Below, in pieces: positions 28,480-37,663 of a stretch of DNA of 64,000 nt (its first letter is position 1; every line of letters starts with the position of its first letter). Both the position numbers and the translations under genes were made by a program. The notes below the pieces were generated by a model. The model had not been told where the DNA came from, made no database searches, and saw only the letters and a program-made list of their open reading frames with translations. The DNA is from Patescibacteria group bacterium (lineage in GTDB: Bacteria; Patescibacteriota; Patescibacteriia; Buchananbacterales; UBA6539). The stretch spans positions 855,710-919,709 of the forward strand of contig JBAZSB010000001.1 in NCBI GenBank assembly GCA_041662625.1. Direction: 5' to 3'.

Positions 28480-29094
28480 ATGGAACAAAAAAACAATGTA
28501 TGGACCATTACCCTCGCCATCATCATTGCTGCAGTTATTGTCGGCGGTGGATTTTATTATTGGCAACAATCACAGTTAGAATTAATGGATGAAGCGATTA
28601 CAGATTTAAAAAATGAAAATCAGGCCCTAACAAATAAGGCGACTCCAATAGAAAATGAAAATAATAATATTAGAATAAACCAACTCTTAACTTTAGATGC
28701 TAGTAGCACGTTATGTACTAAAAGTCCAACTACAGAATCAAGTGATATTGGTGGAGATTATACTATCTATCCGGTAGCAGATGAATACAAAACTACAGCT
28801 GACGATTATCATAATATTGCTGGTTTATTTACTGCTGCTGCTTGCGGTAAAGCACGCCTAAATGAACTTTTTGGTTCAAAAACTTTTCGCGATGTCGCAA
28901 TATTTACCCAAGATCCTAGCAGCAGTTTAATTGAGTACTTAAACAAAAATGGCTTTGCGTGCGATGATGATAAAATACCAGATAATCGTTGCAGTCGCTG
29001 GCATAATAATGGCCCAGTTCCCCTTGAGGTCCTGGTCGGGCTTAGAGAGTGGGCTACAATGATATACGGCTCAGATTGCACAGATTGCGGATAG
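28480..29094 (+). CDS. Hypothetical membrane-anchored Cys-rich protein
   Basis: N-terminal TM helix, coiled-coil segment, and 8 Cys in the C-terminal half. Confidence 0.3.
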   Translation: MEQKNNVWTITLAIIIAAVIVGGGFYYWQQSQLELMDEAITDLKNENQALTNKATPIENENNNIRINQLLTLDASSTLCTKSPTTESSDIGGDYTIYPVADEYKTTADDYHNIAGLFTAAACGKARLNELFGSKTFRDVAIFTQDPSSSLIEYLNKNGFACDDDKIPDNRCSRWHNNGPVPLEVLVGLREWATMIYGSDCTDCG

Positions 29095-29105
29095 TAAACA
29101 GCCCA

Positions 29106-29130
29106 ACAATCCGACAACACGTTTTGTGTG
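29106..29130. repeat. Solo terminal-repeat fragment of family B element
   Basis: CGACAACACGTTTTGTGTGCC versus the 5' TIR TCTAACACGTTTTATGTGGC. Confidence 0.35.
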
Positions 29131-29159
29131 CCATTGGCGAATAAATTATCTAATAACAT

Positions 29160-29630
29160 ATGACTACAAAACTCACTTTAGCCGAAAAAAAACTAATTAA
29201 TCATGCAAAAAAAGCGGCAGTGAAATATAACAAAACCCGCAAATCTAAGGGCGGCATTGATACGCTGTATTCTTTTTTGTTGTCTGACAGCGGCAAAATC
29301 TATGACGGTGCCTGCCTGGAATCAAATGTTGGCCACGCGAATATCTGCGGCGAAAGACATGCGATTGCCAACCTGATTATGAATGAATCCTACAAAGCAA
29401 AAATAAAAAGCATAGTCGTGGCCGATCCGGTGCCGAAAGCCCAAAAGCACGGCACCATGCCTTGCGGCACTTGTCGGCATTTGATCTGGCAATTTGGCTC
29501 ACCAAAAACCACAGTACTTTGCCTGCAATATATCAAAAAAGAAAATGGCTGGATATTTCTGCCTAAAATTGAAAAATATACCATCAAGAAAATCTATCCC
29601 AATGCTTACGAACCGGTAAAGTGGGACTAA
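29160..29630 (+). CDS. cdd: Cytidine deaminase, tetrameric (Cys-ligand) type
   Basis: CGERHAI ... MPCGTCRHLIWQF is the zinc-binding C-[AG]-E and PCxxC signature of T-CDA / blasticidin-S-deaminase-like enzymes. Confidence 0.7.
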   Translation: MTTKLTLAEKKLINHAKKAAVKYNKTRKSKGGIDTLYSFLLSDSGKIYDGACLESNVGHANICGERHAIANLIMNESYKAKIKSIVVADPVPKAQKHGTMPCGTCRHLIWQFGSPKTTVLCLQYIKKENGWIFLPKIEKYTIKKIYPNAYEPVKWD

Positions 29631-29692
29631 TTTATTCACCAGCAACACACCACACGCTTTATCCGGTTCGCGCTTGCTAAATAAAATTATTT

Positions 29693-30202
29693 ATGCAGAT
29701 AAAACGATTGAATGCCAATCAAATAATCACGCTTACTGACTTTCCTGTTTACAACGAACAGATATTGAAAATATTTTTTCTGATATTTAGAAAAAAATGT
29801 TCCAAAATCATTCCACCTTGCCCTATAATGGCCATATCTTTAGTGGTTCCTTATTTCTCCGGCAAACTAAAAATAGTTTTTTCTAAATTTGCAAGTCGAA
29901 ACCCCCAAGCCAAATATTTTTTACTCGATGGCAGTCACAAAACGACCGCGGCGACACTAACTGGATCAAAAATCGCCGTGATGATCTTTCAAAACAACAA
30001 AGACATACAAATAGCGAAAAACATGGTAAAAACTGGTGATTTATTTAGCTTAATGGTAGACAATACCATTAAAGATAATGCCATTGAATTAAAACGTCAT
30101 TTCAACAAGAAAAAATGTTTTCAAACAGTAGAGGAAAAAACTAAATTAATGGTAAAGAAGAAAGTTATTCCCCAATACATGATTAACTACTATAACAGGT
30201 GA
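29693..30202 (+). CDS. Hypothetical protein
   Basis: 169 aa; weak LLDGSHKTTAA resemblance to the ParB/Srx-fold motif; unassigned. Confidence 0.25.
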   Translation: MQIKRLNANQIITLTDFPVYNEQILKIFFLIFRKKCSKIIPPCPIMAISLVVPYFSGKLKIVFSKFASRNPQAKYFLLDGSHKTTAATLTGSKIAVMIFQNNKDIQIAKNMVKTGDLFSLMVDNTIKDNAIELKRHFNKKKCFQTVEEKTKLMVKKKVIPQYMINYYNR

Positions 30203-30261
30203 CATTTTATCAGATTCGCGAGCTGAATAAAATTTTAACCTGCAAGAACTAAGCAAATGAT

Positions 30262-30699
30262 ATGAAAGTAGGAAAAGACTATATTGGTGTTGGTTGCGGC
30301 GCCATTATAATAAATGACAAAAACGAAGTATTGTTAATGAAACGGGCCAAAGATTCCCGGGTAGATGCCGGAATGTGGTGTCGGCCTGGCGGCAAAGTCG
30401 AATTTGATGAATCAGCACCTGAAGCGGTCGAAAGAGAAGTTAAAGAAGAAACCGGCCTTATAATAAAGGTAATTCGAACTTTAGATTTTAGTGAAAAAAT
30501 ATCTGAAGATAAAACCACCCACTGGGTTTCTTTGGGTTTTTTGGCCAAACTTATTTCCGGAGAACTTAAAAATGTAGAGCCTGATAAACATGATGAGATT
30601 AAATGGTTCCCGCTAAATAATCTGCCAAATGGTCTTGCGGAAAATACGAAAAAATCTATTGATTTTTACTTAACACGAGCAGCCGGTTCGCATAATTAA
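30262..30699 (+). CDS. NUDIX hydrolase
   Basis: Nudix box GGKVEFDESAPEAVEREVKEETGL. Confidence 0.85.
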   Translation: MKVGKDYIGVGCGAIIINDKNEVLLMKRAKDSRVDAGMWCRPGGKVEFDESAPEAVEREVKEETGLIIKVIRTLDFSEKISEDKTTHWVSLGFLAKLISGELKNVEPDKHDEIKWFPLNNLPNGLAENTKKSIDFYLTRAAGSHN

Positions 30700-30706
30700 T
30701 CGGGCT

Positions 30707-31204
30707 ATGAGCTTTTACATAATAATCCGTGGACCACTTGGCTGTGGAAAATCTACAATATCTGAAAAATTATCTAAAATTTTAAACGCGGAATACTTTG
30801 CCGTGGATAGAGTCTTAGATGAATACGATTTAACCAAAGATAAAGAAGATGGGTATATCTCGCAAAAAAGCTTTATCAAAGCAAACGAAATAATTACCCA
30901 AAGGGCTGAAAAAATTTTAGCTAATAATCGTTCAGTAATATTTGACGGTAATTTCTACTGGAAATCGCAAGTTGATGACCTGATTAAAAGACTTGGTTTC
31001 CCACACTATGTTTTCACTTTAAAAGCGCCTTTGGAAATCTGCATTGAACGAGATAGTAAAAGGGATAAAATCCACGGCAGTGATGCGGCAGAAGCAGTCT
31101 ACAAAAAATCAACTGAGTTTGATTACGGGATAGTCGTTGATATATCTAAATCTTTAGATGAAGCCGCAAGAAAAATTATTTCTCATTTACCTAAGTCCGA
31201 TTAA
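30707..31204 (+). CDS. P-loop NTPase / small nucleoside(nucleotide)-kinase-like protein
   Basis: Walker A IIRGPLGCGKST; 165 aa, the size of a shikimate/gluconate/deoxynucleoside-kinase fold. Confidence 0.5.
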   Translation: MSFYIIIRGPLGCGKSTISEKLSKILNAEYFAVDRVLDEYDLTKDKEDGYISQKSFIKANEIITQRAEKILANNRSVIFDGNFYWKSQVDDLIKRLGFPHYVFTLKAPLEICIERDSKRDKIHGSDAAEAVYKKSTEFDYGIVVDISKSLDEAARKIISHLPKSD

Positions 31205-31233
31205 TTATTTAACGCGCTCACCCAAATAAAATT

Positions 31234-31629
31234 ATGCTTACAAAAAATGATAAAAAATTAATAAAAGAGGCAAAAGCTCTCGTCAGAGCGAAAAAAATTC
31301 GAGGCGGGGCCACAAAAGAAGTCGGCTGTGTTTTGCTGACTGCAAAAGGGAAAATTTTTAAAGGCGTTTCTATGGATTTGGCGTGTGGCATTGGATTTTG
31401 CGCAGAACATACTGCCATCTCCGCCATGATCACATATACTAACGAAACCCATATTAAAACTATAGTAGCCCATAATAATAAAAAGGTTATCCCGCCTTGC
31501 GGTCGATGCCGAGAACTGCTGAACCTGATTGACAAGAAAAATCTTGAGACCGAAGTAATAATTTCCGATAATAAAAAAATTAAATTACAAGAGCTTTTGC
31601 CTTTTGCCTGGGATGTTAAAAGAGGATAA
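31234..31629 (+). CDS. Cytidine deaminase / blasticidin-S-deaminase-like, second paralog
   Basis: GFCAEHTAI ... PPCGRCRELL; 131 aa. Confidence 0.7.
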   Translation: MLTKNDKKLIKEAKALVRAKKIRGGATKEVGCVLLTAKGKIFKGVSMDLACGIGFCAEHTAISAMITYTNETHIKTIVAHNNKKVIPPCGRCRELLNLIDKKNLETEVIISDNKKIKLQELLPFAWDVKRG

Positions 31630-31664
31630 CATTTTTTTATTCTTTATTAATTAATCAAAAAAAT

Positions 31665-32006
31665 ATGTCGGATCTTACATTTAAAGAAGTGATACAAAAA
31701 ACCAACGAGGTTATTAAGGCCTTTCAAGAAGTCGAGCAACGTAAATGGGGCATTGAGGGTAATATGATTGAACTTACAAAACAGATAGGCGAACTTGGCA
31801 AAAACGTCATGATGATAGAGAATTACTACCTGGCTGAGAGAAAAAATGATCCAAACTACAATACGGCCTCAAAAGAAGAGATTGGCAACGAGCTGTCTGA
31901 CATATTTTTTATACTTATCAGGATTGCAAATCATTATGGGATTGACCTTGAAAAAGTACACCTAAAAGAATTGGAAATTGCCTTAACTTCACTGAAAGGA
32001 AATTAA
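31665..32006 (+). CDS. MazG-like nucleotide pyrophosphohydrolase
   Basis: All-alpha, 113 aa, with EExxE-type metal motifs (KEEIGNELSD). Confidence 0.5.
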   Translation: MSDLTFKEVIQKTNEVIKAFQEVEQRKWGIEGNMIELTKQIGELGKNVMMIENYYLAERKNDPNYNTASKEEIGNELSDIFFILIRIANHYGIDLEKVHLKELEIALTSLKGN

Positions 32007-32032
32007 AAAAATAAAATTTAACATCACCTAAT

Positions 32033-32530
32033 ATGCTAACGGGGAAAAATAAGATGAGAAAAATATTTTACTTTATTATTGGTTTATTATTAGCAATTCC
32101 GACAGAATCTTTTAGATTTTTTATAGTGGAAAAACGGCCAGCCCCGTGGATATCAATGACAATCGCCTATATAATTCTGCTTGGGATAGGCTACGTTGCT
32201 TCAAAATACATCAAAAATAATCTCATCTACTACATCATCTTTGGAATTTTTGGACTATTCATTGAAGTATTTGTTTGGAAAGTGCTCCCCCAAATTGCTG
32301 CCGTTGGGATCTTGGGCTGGATAATGTGGTTTAGTTTCTGGGGATCGCTATTTTTGATCCCAAGGCTGTATCTTAAAGGTGAACTGCATTCACCCACCAT
32401 AATATTTTTTTGCGGTTCCCTGATATTTTTCATACTATTTTATTTGACCACAAAAAATACTGGGGCGGGTGGTTTGTTTTTTACTAGTTTAAACCTTCCG
32501 TATTTCTTATGGCATTTTAAACATAAATAA
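32033..32530 (+). CDS. Polytopic membrane protein, unknown
   Basis: 165 aa with 4-5 TM helices. Confidence 0.35.
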   Translation: MLTGKNKMRKIFYFIIGLLLAIPTESFRFFIVEKRPAPWISMTIAYIILLGIGYVASKYIKNNLIYYIIFGIFGLFIEVFVWKVLPQIAAVGILGWIMWFSFWGSLFLIPRLYLKGELHSPTIIFFCGSLIFFILFYLTTKNTGAGGLFFTSLNLPYFLWHFKHK

Positions 32531-32548
32531 AATTATTCTAATTAAACT

Positions 32549-33037
32549 ATGACATCAAAACAATTTATTGAGGGACAATTGAAGGGTTGTAAACAAAACC
32601 GTTGCGAGGATACTTGCTGCGATGATGACCAAGTTGAGGAATGGGTAAATGAGTATTTTGCTTTCCACGAACGACTCAAAGACTATATCACCTCATTAGG
32701 AATTAAGATAAAATTTATAAAGGACAGAGTTCAATTTACAAATTGTTCAGATGGCAAAAAATGTAAATTTCTAATACACTCCTTAAATAAGGACATTGAC
32801 CCCAGACCAATCGACTGTAAAATATATCCTTTCTGCGTAGACTGGGATTCAATCGATTTTAATGAAAAGATTGTAAGGTTATATTATTGGGATAATTCTT
32901 GTCCTTTGGTCAAAAGTAAATCTATTCCTAACGATTTCAGAAAAGAAGTTGAGGCTATAATTAGACGTGATTTTGCGGTATTATTCTATGGCGCCAGATT
33001 TAAAGTAAAATTCATTAATAAAGTATATAAGGGATAA
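32549..33037 (+). CDS. Cysteine-cluster protein (YkgJ/UPF0153-like Zn/Fe-chelating motif?)
   Basis: CKQNRCEDTCCDD plus further Cys pairs. Confidence 0.3.
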   Translation: MTSKQFIEGQLKGCKQNRCEDTCCDDDQVEEWVNEYFAFHERLKDYITSLGIKIKFIKDRVQFTNCSDGKKCKFLIHSLNKDIDPRPIDCKIYPFCVDWDSIDFNEKIVRLYYWDNSCPLVKSKSIPNDFRKEVEAIIRRDFAVLFYGARFKVKFINKVYKG

Positions 33038-33058
33038 TTTTATTACTAACAAAACCAG

Positions 33059-33601
33059 ATGAATACCATACTCATCCTTCCAGGCTGGCAAGACTCTGGG
33101 CCGACGCATTGGCAAAGCCTTTGGCTTAAAAAATATCCAGGTGCTGTTAAAGTAATGCAAAAAGACTGGATGTGCCCCAAAAAACAAGACTGGGTCAAAA
33201 CCCTCAATGACTATATCGAAAAATATAAGGAAAGCGATATTGTTTTGGTCGGCCACAGTTTAGCCTGCGCCACCATTGCTTACTGGTCAAATGAATTCTT
33301 TTCTAAAACTTCGGCTAGAATTAAGGGGGCACTCTTGGTTAGCCCAAGCGACATGGATGCACCAAATTTTCCCAAAGAAATTAATGGCTTTGCGCCGATG
33401 CCTTTAGAACCGCTCAAGTTTAAAACAATAGTTGTAGCCAGCTCAAATGATCCTTGGGTAAGCCTCCAAAGGGCAGAATACTTTGCACAATGCTGGCAGG
33501 CGGAATTAGTAAATATTGGGCCGCATGGGCACATTAATGCTGACGCCGGCTATGGGCAATGGCCAAAGGGTGAAGAATTGCTACAAAAGCTATTAAAATA
33601 A
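33059..33601 (+). CDS. Alpha/beta-fold serine hydrolase of the YdeN/RBBP9 family
   Basis: LVGHSLA nucleophile elbow; 180 aa begins MNTILILPGW. Confidence 0.65.
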   Translation: MNTILILPGWQDSGPTHWQSLWLKKYPGAVKVMQKDWMCPKKQDWVKTLNDYIEKYKESDIVLVGHSLACATIAYWSNEFFSKTSARIKGALLVSPSDMDAPNFPKEINGFAPMPLEPLKFKTIVVASSNDPWVSLQRAEYFAQCWQAELVNIGPHGHINADAGYGQWPKGEELLQKLLK

Positions 33602-33841
33602 ATGAAAAATAAACTTACAACAATTATTAAACTGGCTTTATTAGCATTTTTCTCTTTGGTTTGGTTTCTTTTTATACAGGCAGAGTACGAAATGGTAACA
33701 AAACCAGAGCTACAGAATGATTTTCCGATCATCAAGGGGATTTATGCGGTTTTATTTTTGGGTTCTATTTTATTAATTATAGGCGTAATCATTGTTTTTT
33801 TATTATATTCAATCAAAAAATCATGTACGGCAAAAAACTGA
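33602..33841 (+). CDS. Small membrane protein
   Basis: 79 aa with 2 TM. Confidence 0.3.
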   Translation: MKNKLTTIIKLALLAFFSLVWFLFIQAEYEMVTKPELQNDFPIIKGIYAVLFLGSILLIIGVIIVFLLYSIKKSCTAKN

Positions 33842-34227
33842 AAAATGTAATAATGGTTGCTATAATCTCGGCTGTCATCTCAGCTCTGATCGGTTTTGTC
33901 ATATTTGAAATGGATTGGCCATTTCTGCCCTTCCCGCTTTTGGCCGGAGTGGCGATAATTTTGGTCCAAAAAGAAACAACCAGTTTAAAATTTTTAGATA
34001 AGCTGCTATTGGGCGCCTTGCTGTTTGGATTTTTGACTTCGCTTTTGATATTTACCAGAACTTATCTTGGCGCCCATTTTATTGTTCAAACAAATGACTT
34101 CCCTTGGTGGCCACTATCCAACCCCAAAGAATTTCTGCTTGTTTCTTTAGTTTTTTCCTTTGTCTGTTTTATGGGCGGACTGGTTGGAATTGTAATCAAA
34201 GGCTTTTACTCGATTATTAAAAAATAA
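33823..34227 (+). CDS. Membrane protein
   Basis: 134 aa with 4 TM. Confidence 0.3.
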   Translation: MYGKKLKNVIMVAIISAVISALIGFVIFEMDWPFLPFPLLAGVAIILVQKETTSLKFLDKLLLGALLFGFLTSLLIFTRTYLGAHFIVQTNDFPWWPLSNPKEFLLVSLVFSFVCFMGGLVGIVIKGFYSIIKK

Positions 34228-34365
34228 TCAAAAAAATTCAAATAAACATACTACCCGCTTCGCAAGTACAAGAATGCTTGACTTAATCCCATAAATAATA
34301 TAAATTGACATACCATAATAGCAAAACAAATATTTTTAGGAGGTCAACTTAGTGGAGGACCACAG

Positions 34366-34515
34366 ATGAAAGTAAGAAAGGGTGTGAAGGTAATCACCGG
34401 CATCACCTGGGTGGCTGCCCTGGTAATCGCTTCTGCGACCGGCTCGCTTTGGTGGATAGTCGGAACAGGCCTCGGGTCAATACCTGCGTACGCCATCTGC
34501 TTCCGCTGGAAGTAG
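34366..34515 (+). CDS. 49-aa hydrophobic peptide, high GC, canonical SD (not in ORF track)
   Basis: TTAGGAGGTCAACTTAGTGGAGGACCACAGATG. Encodes MKVRKGVKVITGITWVAALVIASATGSLWWIVGTGLGSIPAYAICFRWK. A TTGACT..TATAAA-like promoter lies upstream and a G-rich hairpin downstream. Confidence 0.35.
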   Translation: MKVRKGVKVITGITWVAALVIASATGSLWWIVGTGLGSIPAYAICFRWK

Positions 34516-34602
34516 CGGCGGAAAGTAGAACTACGTTCTTCAGGGGGAAGGGCGAGAAAACACTTCTTGTCTCTTCCCCACTTCCTAAAAATATTTGTTT
34601 AA

Positions 34603-35136
34603 ATGAACAAAAAACAACATCATATTATGAAACAACAAGTTGTTCTTGTTGATAAAAACAATCGGCAAATCGGGATTGAGGAAAAACTAAAAGCCCATCA
34701 GGCAGGCAAGCTCCATCGGGCTTTTTCGATTTTTGTCTTCAATTCAAAAGGAGAATTACTGATCCAACAAAGAGCCAAAACCAAATACCATTCCGGCTCT
34801 TTATGGGCTAATACCGTCTGCAGTCACCCAAAACCAAAGGAAACTTATACTCAAGCAATTCATCGGCGCTTAAAAGAAGAAATGGGGTTTGACTGCAAAT
34901 TAAAAAAACTATTTTGTTTTATCTACAAAGCCCGTTTCCAAAATGGTTTAACAGAACACGAATATGACTGGGTTTTTATTGGGAAATTTGAGGGAAAACC
35001 TAAGCCAAATTCTGGGGAGGTCAAAAATTATAAATGGATTGCGGTGAAAAAATTAAAACAGGATATAATTAAAAATCCAAATAAATATTCAGTTTGGCTA
35101 AAAATAGCATTAGCAAAAATGAAGTCTTTGAACTAG
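34603..35136 (+). CDS. idi: Isopentenyl-diphosphate delta-isomerase type 1 (Nudix fold)
   Basis: HRAFSIFVFNSKGELLIQQRAKTKYHSGSLWANTVCSHP ... RLKEEMGF; the start may be at M-9 (MKQQVVLVD). Confidence 0.7.
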   Translation: MNKKQHHIMKQQVVLVDKNNRQIGIEEKLKAHQAGKLHRAFSIFVFNSKGELLIQQRAKTKYHSGSLWANTVCSHPKPKETYTQAIHRRLKEEMGFDCKLKKLFCFIYKARFQNGLTEHEYDWVFIGKFEGKPKPNSGEVKNYKWIAVKKLKQDIIKNPNKYSVWLKIALAKMKSLN

Positions 35137-35161
35137 CCAAAATTTTTCTCAATACATCAGC

Positions 35162-36784
35162 ATGGAGCAAATCAAAAAATATCTCATCTTGATTCTAACA
35201 TTTATCGTGATTTTTTCTGTCTACGAAGAGTTATCACGTCTTTGGTCAGAGTGCGGCCAACTATCAGCTAGGCTATTTTTGTTCGAATATCCCCTGCTAA
35301 TTTTGGTTGGCAGTCTTTTTTATTTTCCCACCAAAGGTAACTTTAAAAAAAATGTTATTGCTTCACTTGCCGCCATAACCCCGATAATTGCTGCTTATAT
35401 CCTATTTGATTCTTTTTACTATTTCCGCCACCGGACTTTCCGTTTTTCCGATCTCCACAATATTCTAACTATCCGGGATTTTTCTCCTACTCTGCTGGCC
35501 GGCATAATAGCCCTAACGGTCTTTTCCTTTCTCCCAATTCTTATCTTATTTTTTAAAGACATAAAAGATAAAAAAAGTACCGACCCTAATATTGCTCAGA
35601 AAGTCGCTTTAAGATTCCTACTAATCATTATTTTATTCTTTCTGATATTTTCTCCAAGCGTTATCTCCCTCTACCAAAAGAAAACTTTGGAGTTTAGCGG
35701 CTGGTCAGGTAACCAAAATATTGAAACCTATGGCCGGATTGCCTCAATATTCTATTACAGCCAGCAGAGTGCCAATATTACGACTAGACTAGACATGTTT
35801 AATCACCAAAATAGCGTTAAAAATCCGCTAGCCGTAGAAGTTTTGGAAAAACGCAATGTCTATATTATTATTTTAGAGAGTTTTATAGATCCGCAATATA
35901 TCCAAAATGTTTCCTTTACTAAATCGCCGCTCTACGAAAAAATACCCGATATTTTGGGCAATTCTTCTTTTGACGTGGCAATTGCACCGGTCTATGGCGG
36001 CGGCACGGCCCAGTCGGAATTTGAAATTTTTTGCGGTGTGCCGGCGCTGGCAAAAATAGACAGCATTGAATTTAATGTATTTAATGGCAGAGAAGTTAAT
36101 ACTTTAGTGACCGCTTTAAAAAAATATGGCTATTTGGCCATTGCTTCAATTGCGACCAAAGAAAATTTTTACAACGGCACTTTAGCCTACAAGAGTTTAG
36201 GCTTTGACCAGCTGCGTTTAATTGATAAAGTTGATATCCCGGGAGAAAAAAGAAAAGATTATATCTTTGATGGTGACTTGTTGGATCAAAACCTCGAATA
36301 TCTCCAAACTAATTATCTTGGGGCAAAAAAACCTTTTATTACTTATATCTTGGGGATGTATGGGCATATGCCTTTTGAACGTGACAAAACAAGACACCCG
36401 GATGTTTTACAAGCCTATATAAGTAATAAACCAGCTTATGAAATCGAACAAATTGCTAACCAATTCTATCACCGAACCAAGGGGATTTATGATTTTTTAA
36501 TGAAGCTGCGCGCAGCCGACCCAAGTGCGATTGTCCTGGTTATTGCTGATCACCTGCCGCCGGTATTAAATGGTAATACTCACTACGCAATGAGTGATAA
36601 AGAAAACATATTCATTCTGCTTGATGGCCCCACCCGCTACCAACCAACCGAACCAATCCACTATTTTGAAATCCCCTATTTGATTATGGGAATGCTTTCC
36701 GGCCATCAGATTAAAACACCCAATGCAGGTGAACTGAGAAATATGTATTTTAATATTTTAGCCACGGGTAACCAACAACCTTAG
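35162..36784 (+). CDS. LtaS-family sulfatase-like membrane enzyme
   Basis: 5 TM segments then YIIILESFIDPQY and GGGTAQSEFEIFCG (LtaS catalytic-Thr region), ADHLPP. Confidence 0.65.
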   Translation: MEQIKKYLILILTFIVIFSVYEELSRLWSECGQLSARLFLFEYPLLILVGSLFYFPTKGNFKKNVIASLAAITPIIAAYILFDSFYYFRHRTFRFSDLHNILTIRDFSPTLLAGIIALTVFSFLPILILFFKDIKDKKSTDPNIAQKVALRFLLIIILFFLIFSPSVISLYQKKTLEFSGWSGNQNIETYGRIASIFYYSQQSANITTRLDMFNHQNSVKNPLAVEVLEKRNVYIIILESFIDPQYIQNVSFTKSPLYEKIPDILGNSSFDVAIAPVYGGGTAQSEFEIFCGVPALAKIDSIEFNVFNGREVNTLVTALKKYGYLAIASIATKENFYNGTLAYKSLGFDQLRLIDKVDIPGEKRKDYIFDGDLLDQNLEYLQTNYLGAKKPFITYILGMYGHMPFERDKTRHPDVLQAYISNKPAYEIEQIANQFYHRTKGIYDFLMKLRAADPSAIVLVIADHLPPVLNGNTHYAMSDKENIFILLDGPTRYQPTEPIHYFEIPYLIMGMLSGHQIKTPNAGELRNMYFNILATGNQQP

Positions 36785-36848
36785 AAAAAATCCCCTGCAT
36801 TAAATAAAAAAGGTCCGTTAGGGTGGAACCATACCCAAAATCCAATGT

Positions 36849-37031
36849 TCAGAGCTTTTTCCCACAATGGGGACAAAATGTTCGCCCCCAGCTCCGAGAG
36901 TCATCATGACTGTCGCGACAACGCGATTCGATCGGAATTCTGTTGTTAGTCAACACTCCACATTTAGCACAGTACCTGACCGAACCCATACTTTTGTGGT
37001 CATTTGTGCATTGGCTGCCTTGTTCCAACAT
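36849..37031 (-). CDS. Small zinc-ribbon protein (60 aa), high GC, canonical SD
   Basis: AAGGAGG lies 8 nt upstream of the ATG at 37031; contains CAKCG ... CPHCGKK. Confidence 0.4.
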   Translation of the reverse strand: MLEQGSQCTNDHKSMGSVRYCAKCGVLTNNRIPIESRCRDSHDDSRSWGRTFCPHCGKKL

Positions 37032-37130
37032 TTCCGGCACCTCCTTTTTCCTGAGCTCAGCTTATCATAGGCTAAATAAAAAAACAATTCAATTTAAACT
37101 ATCCTAAAAAATAACAAAAACAGCTTCCTT

Positions 37131-37158
37131 TAAGCTGTCTTTTTAATTAAGAAATATA
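37131..37158 (-). terminator. Rho-independent terminator of the nitroreductase gene
   Basis: ACAGCTT-cctttaa-AAGCTGT hairpin followed by a T-run on the minus strand. Confidence 0.55.
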
Positions 37159-37160
37159 AT

Positions 37161-37631
37161 TTACTTTTTATAACCAACCGGAATAATCACAACTGGTCTC
37201 AGGTTATCAGTTAGATTTAAAACTTCTCTAGTTTTATTTTCATCAAAGGCTCCAACCCAGCAAGCACCCAGCCCCAAAGCGGTTGTGGCTAAAAGCAAAT
37301 TTTGGGTGGCAGCCGCAGTATCTTGGATTGAATATAAATCATGGCCGCGTTCACCATAATGGTCCTTGGTTTTATTGGAATCAACACAAACCACAATTAC
37401 GATTGGCGCTTTGGCCACAAAACTTTGCCGAAAAGAAATTGCCTGTTCAATCAACTGCTGCTTCTTTTCTTTTTCTTTGACAACCACAAATTCCCAATCC
37501 TGACAATTACCGGCTGAAGGTGCCATCTTAGCCGCATTGATAAGTTTTTCAATCTGCTCATCAGCCACCGGTTTATTAGAATCAAAACTTCGAACGCAGT
37601 GGCGGCTTTTTAGAACCTTCCAAAAATCCAT
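37161..37631 (-). CDS. Nitroreductase-family protein
   Basis: WKVLKSRHCVRSFDS ... APSAGNCQDWEFVVV. Confidence 0.75.
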   Translation of the reverse strand: MDFWKVLKSRHCVRSFDSNKPVADEQIEKLINAAKMAPSAGNCQDWEFVVVKEKEKKQQLIEQAISFRQSFVAKAPIVIVVCVDSNKTKDHYGERGHDLYSIQDTAAATQNLLLATTALGLGACWVGAFDENKTREVLNLTDNLRPVVIIPVGYKK

Positions 37632-37663
37632 AGATTATTTAGTAACTAAAACCTACTCACTAA

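Noticed and set aside
36790-37080. GC-rich 290-bp patch as a structured ncRNA (RNase P RNA, tmRNA, SRP)
   Set aside because: No conserved motifs of those RNAs recognised. A 60-aa zinc-ribbon ORF with a perfect SD explains the region better.
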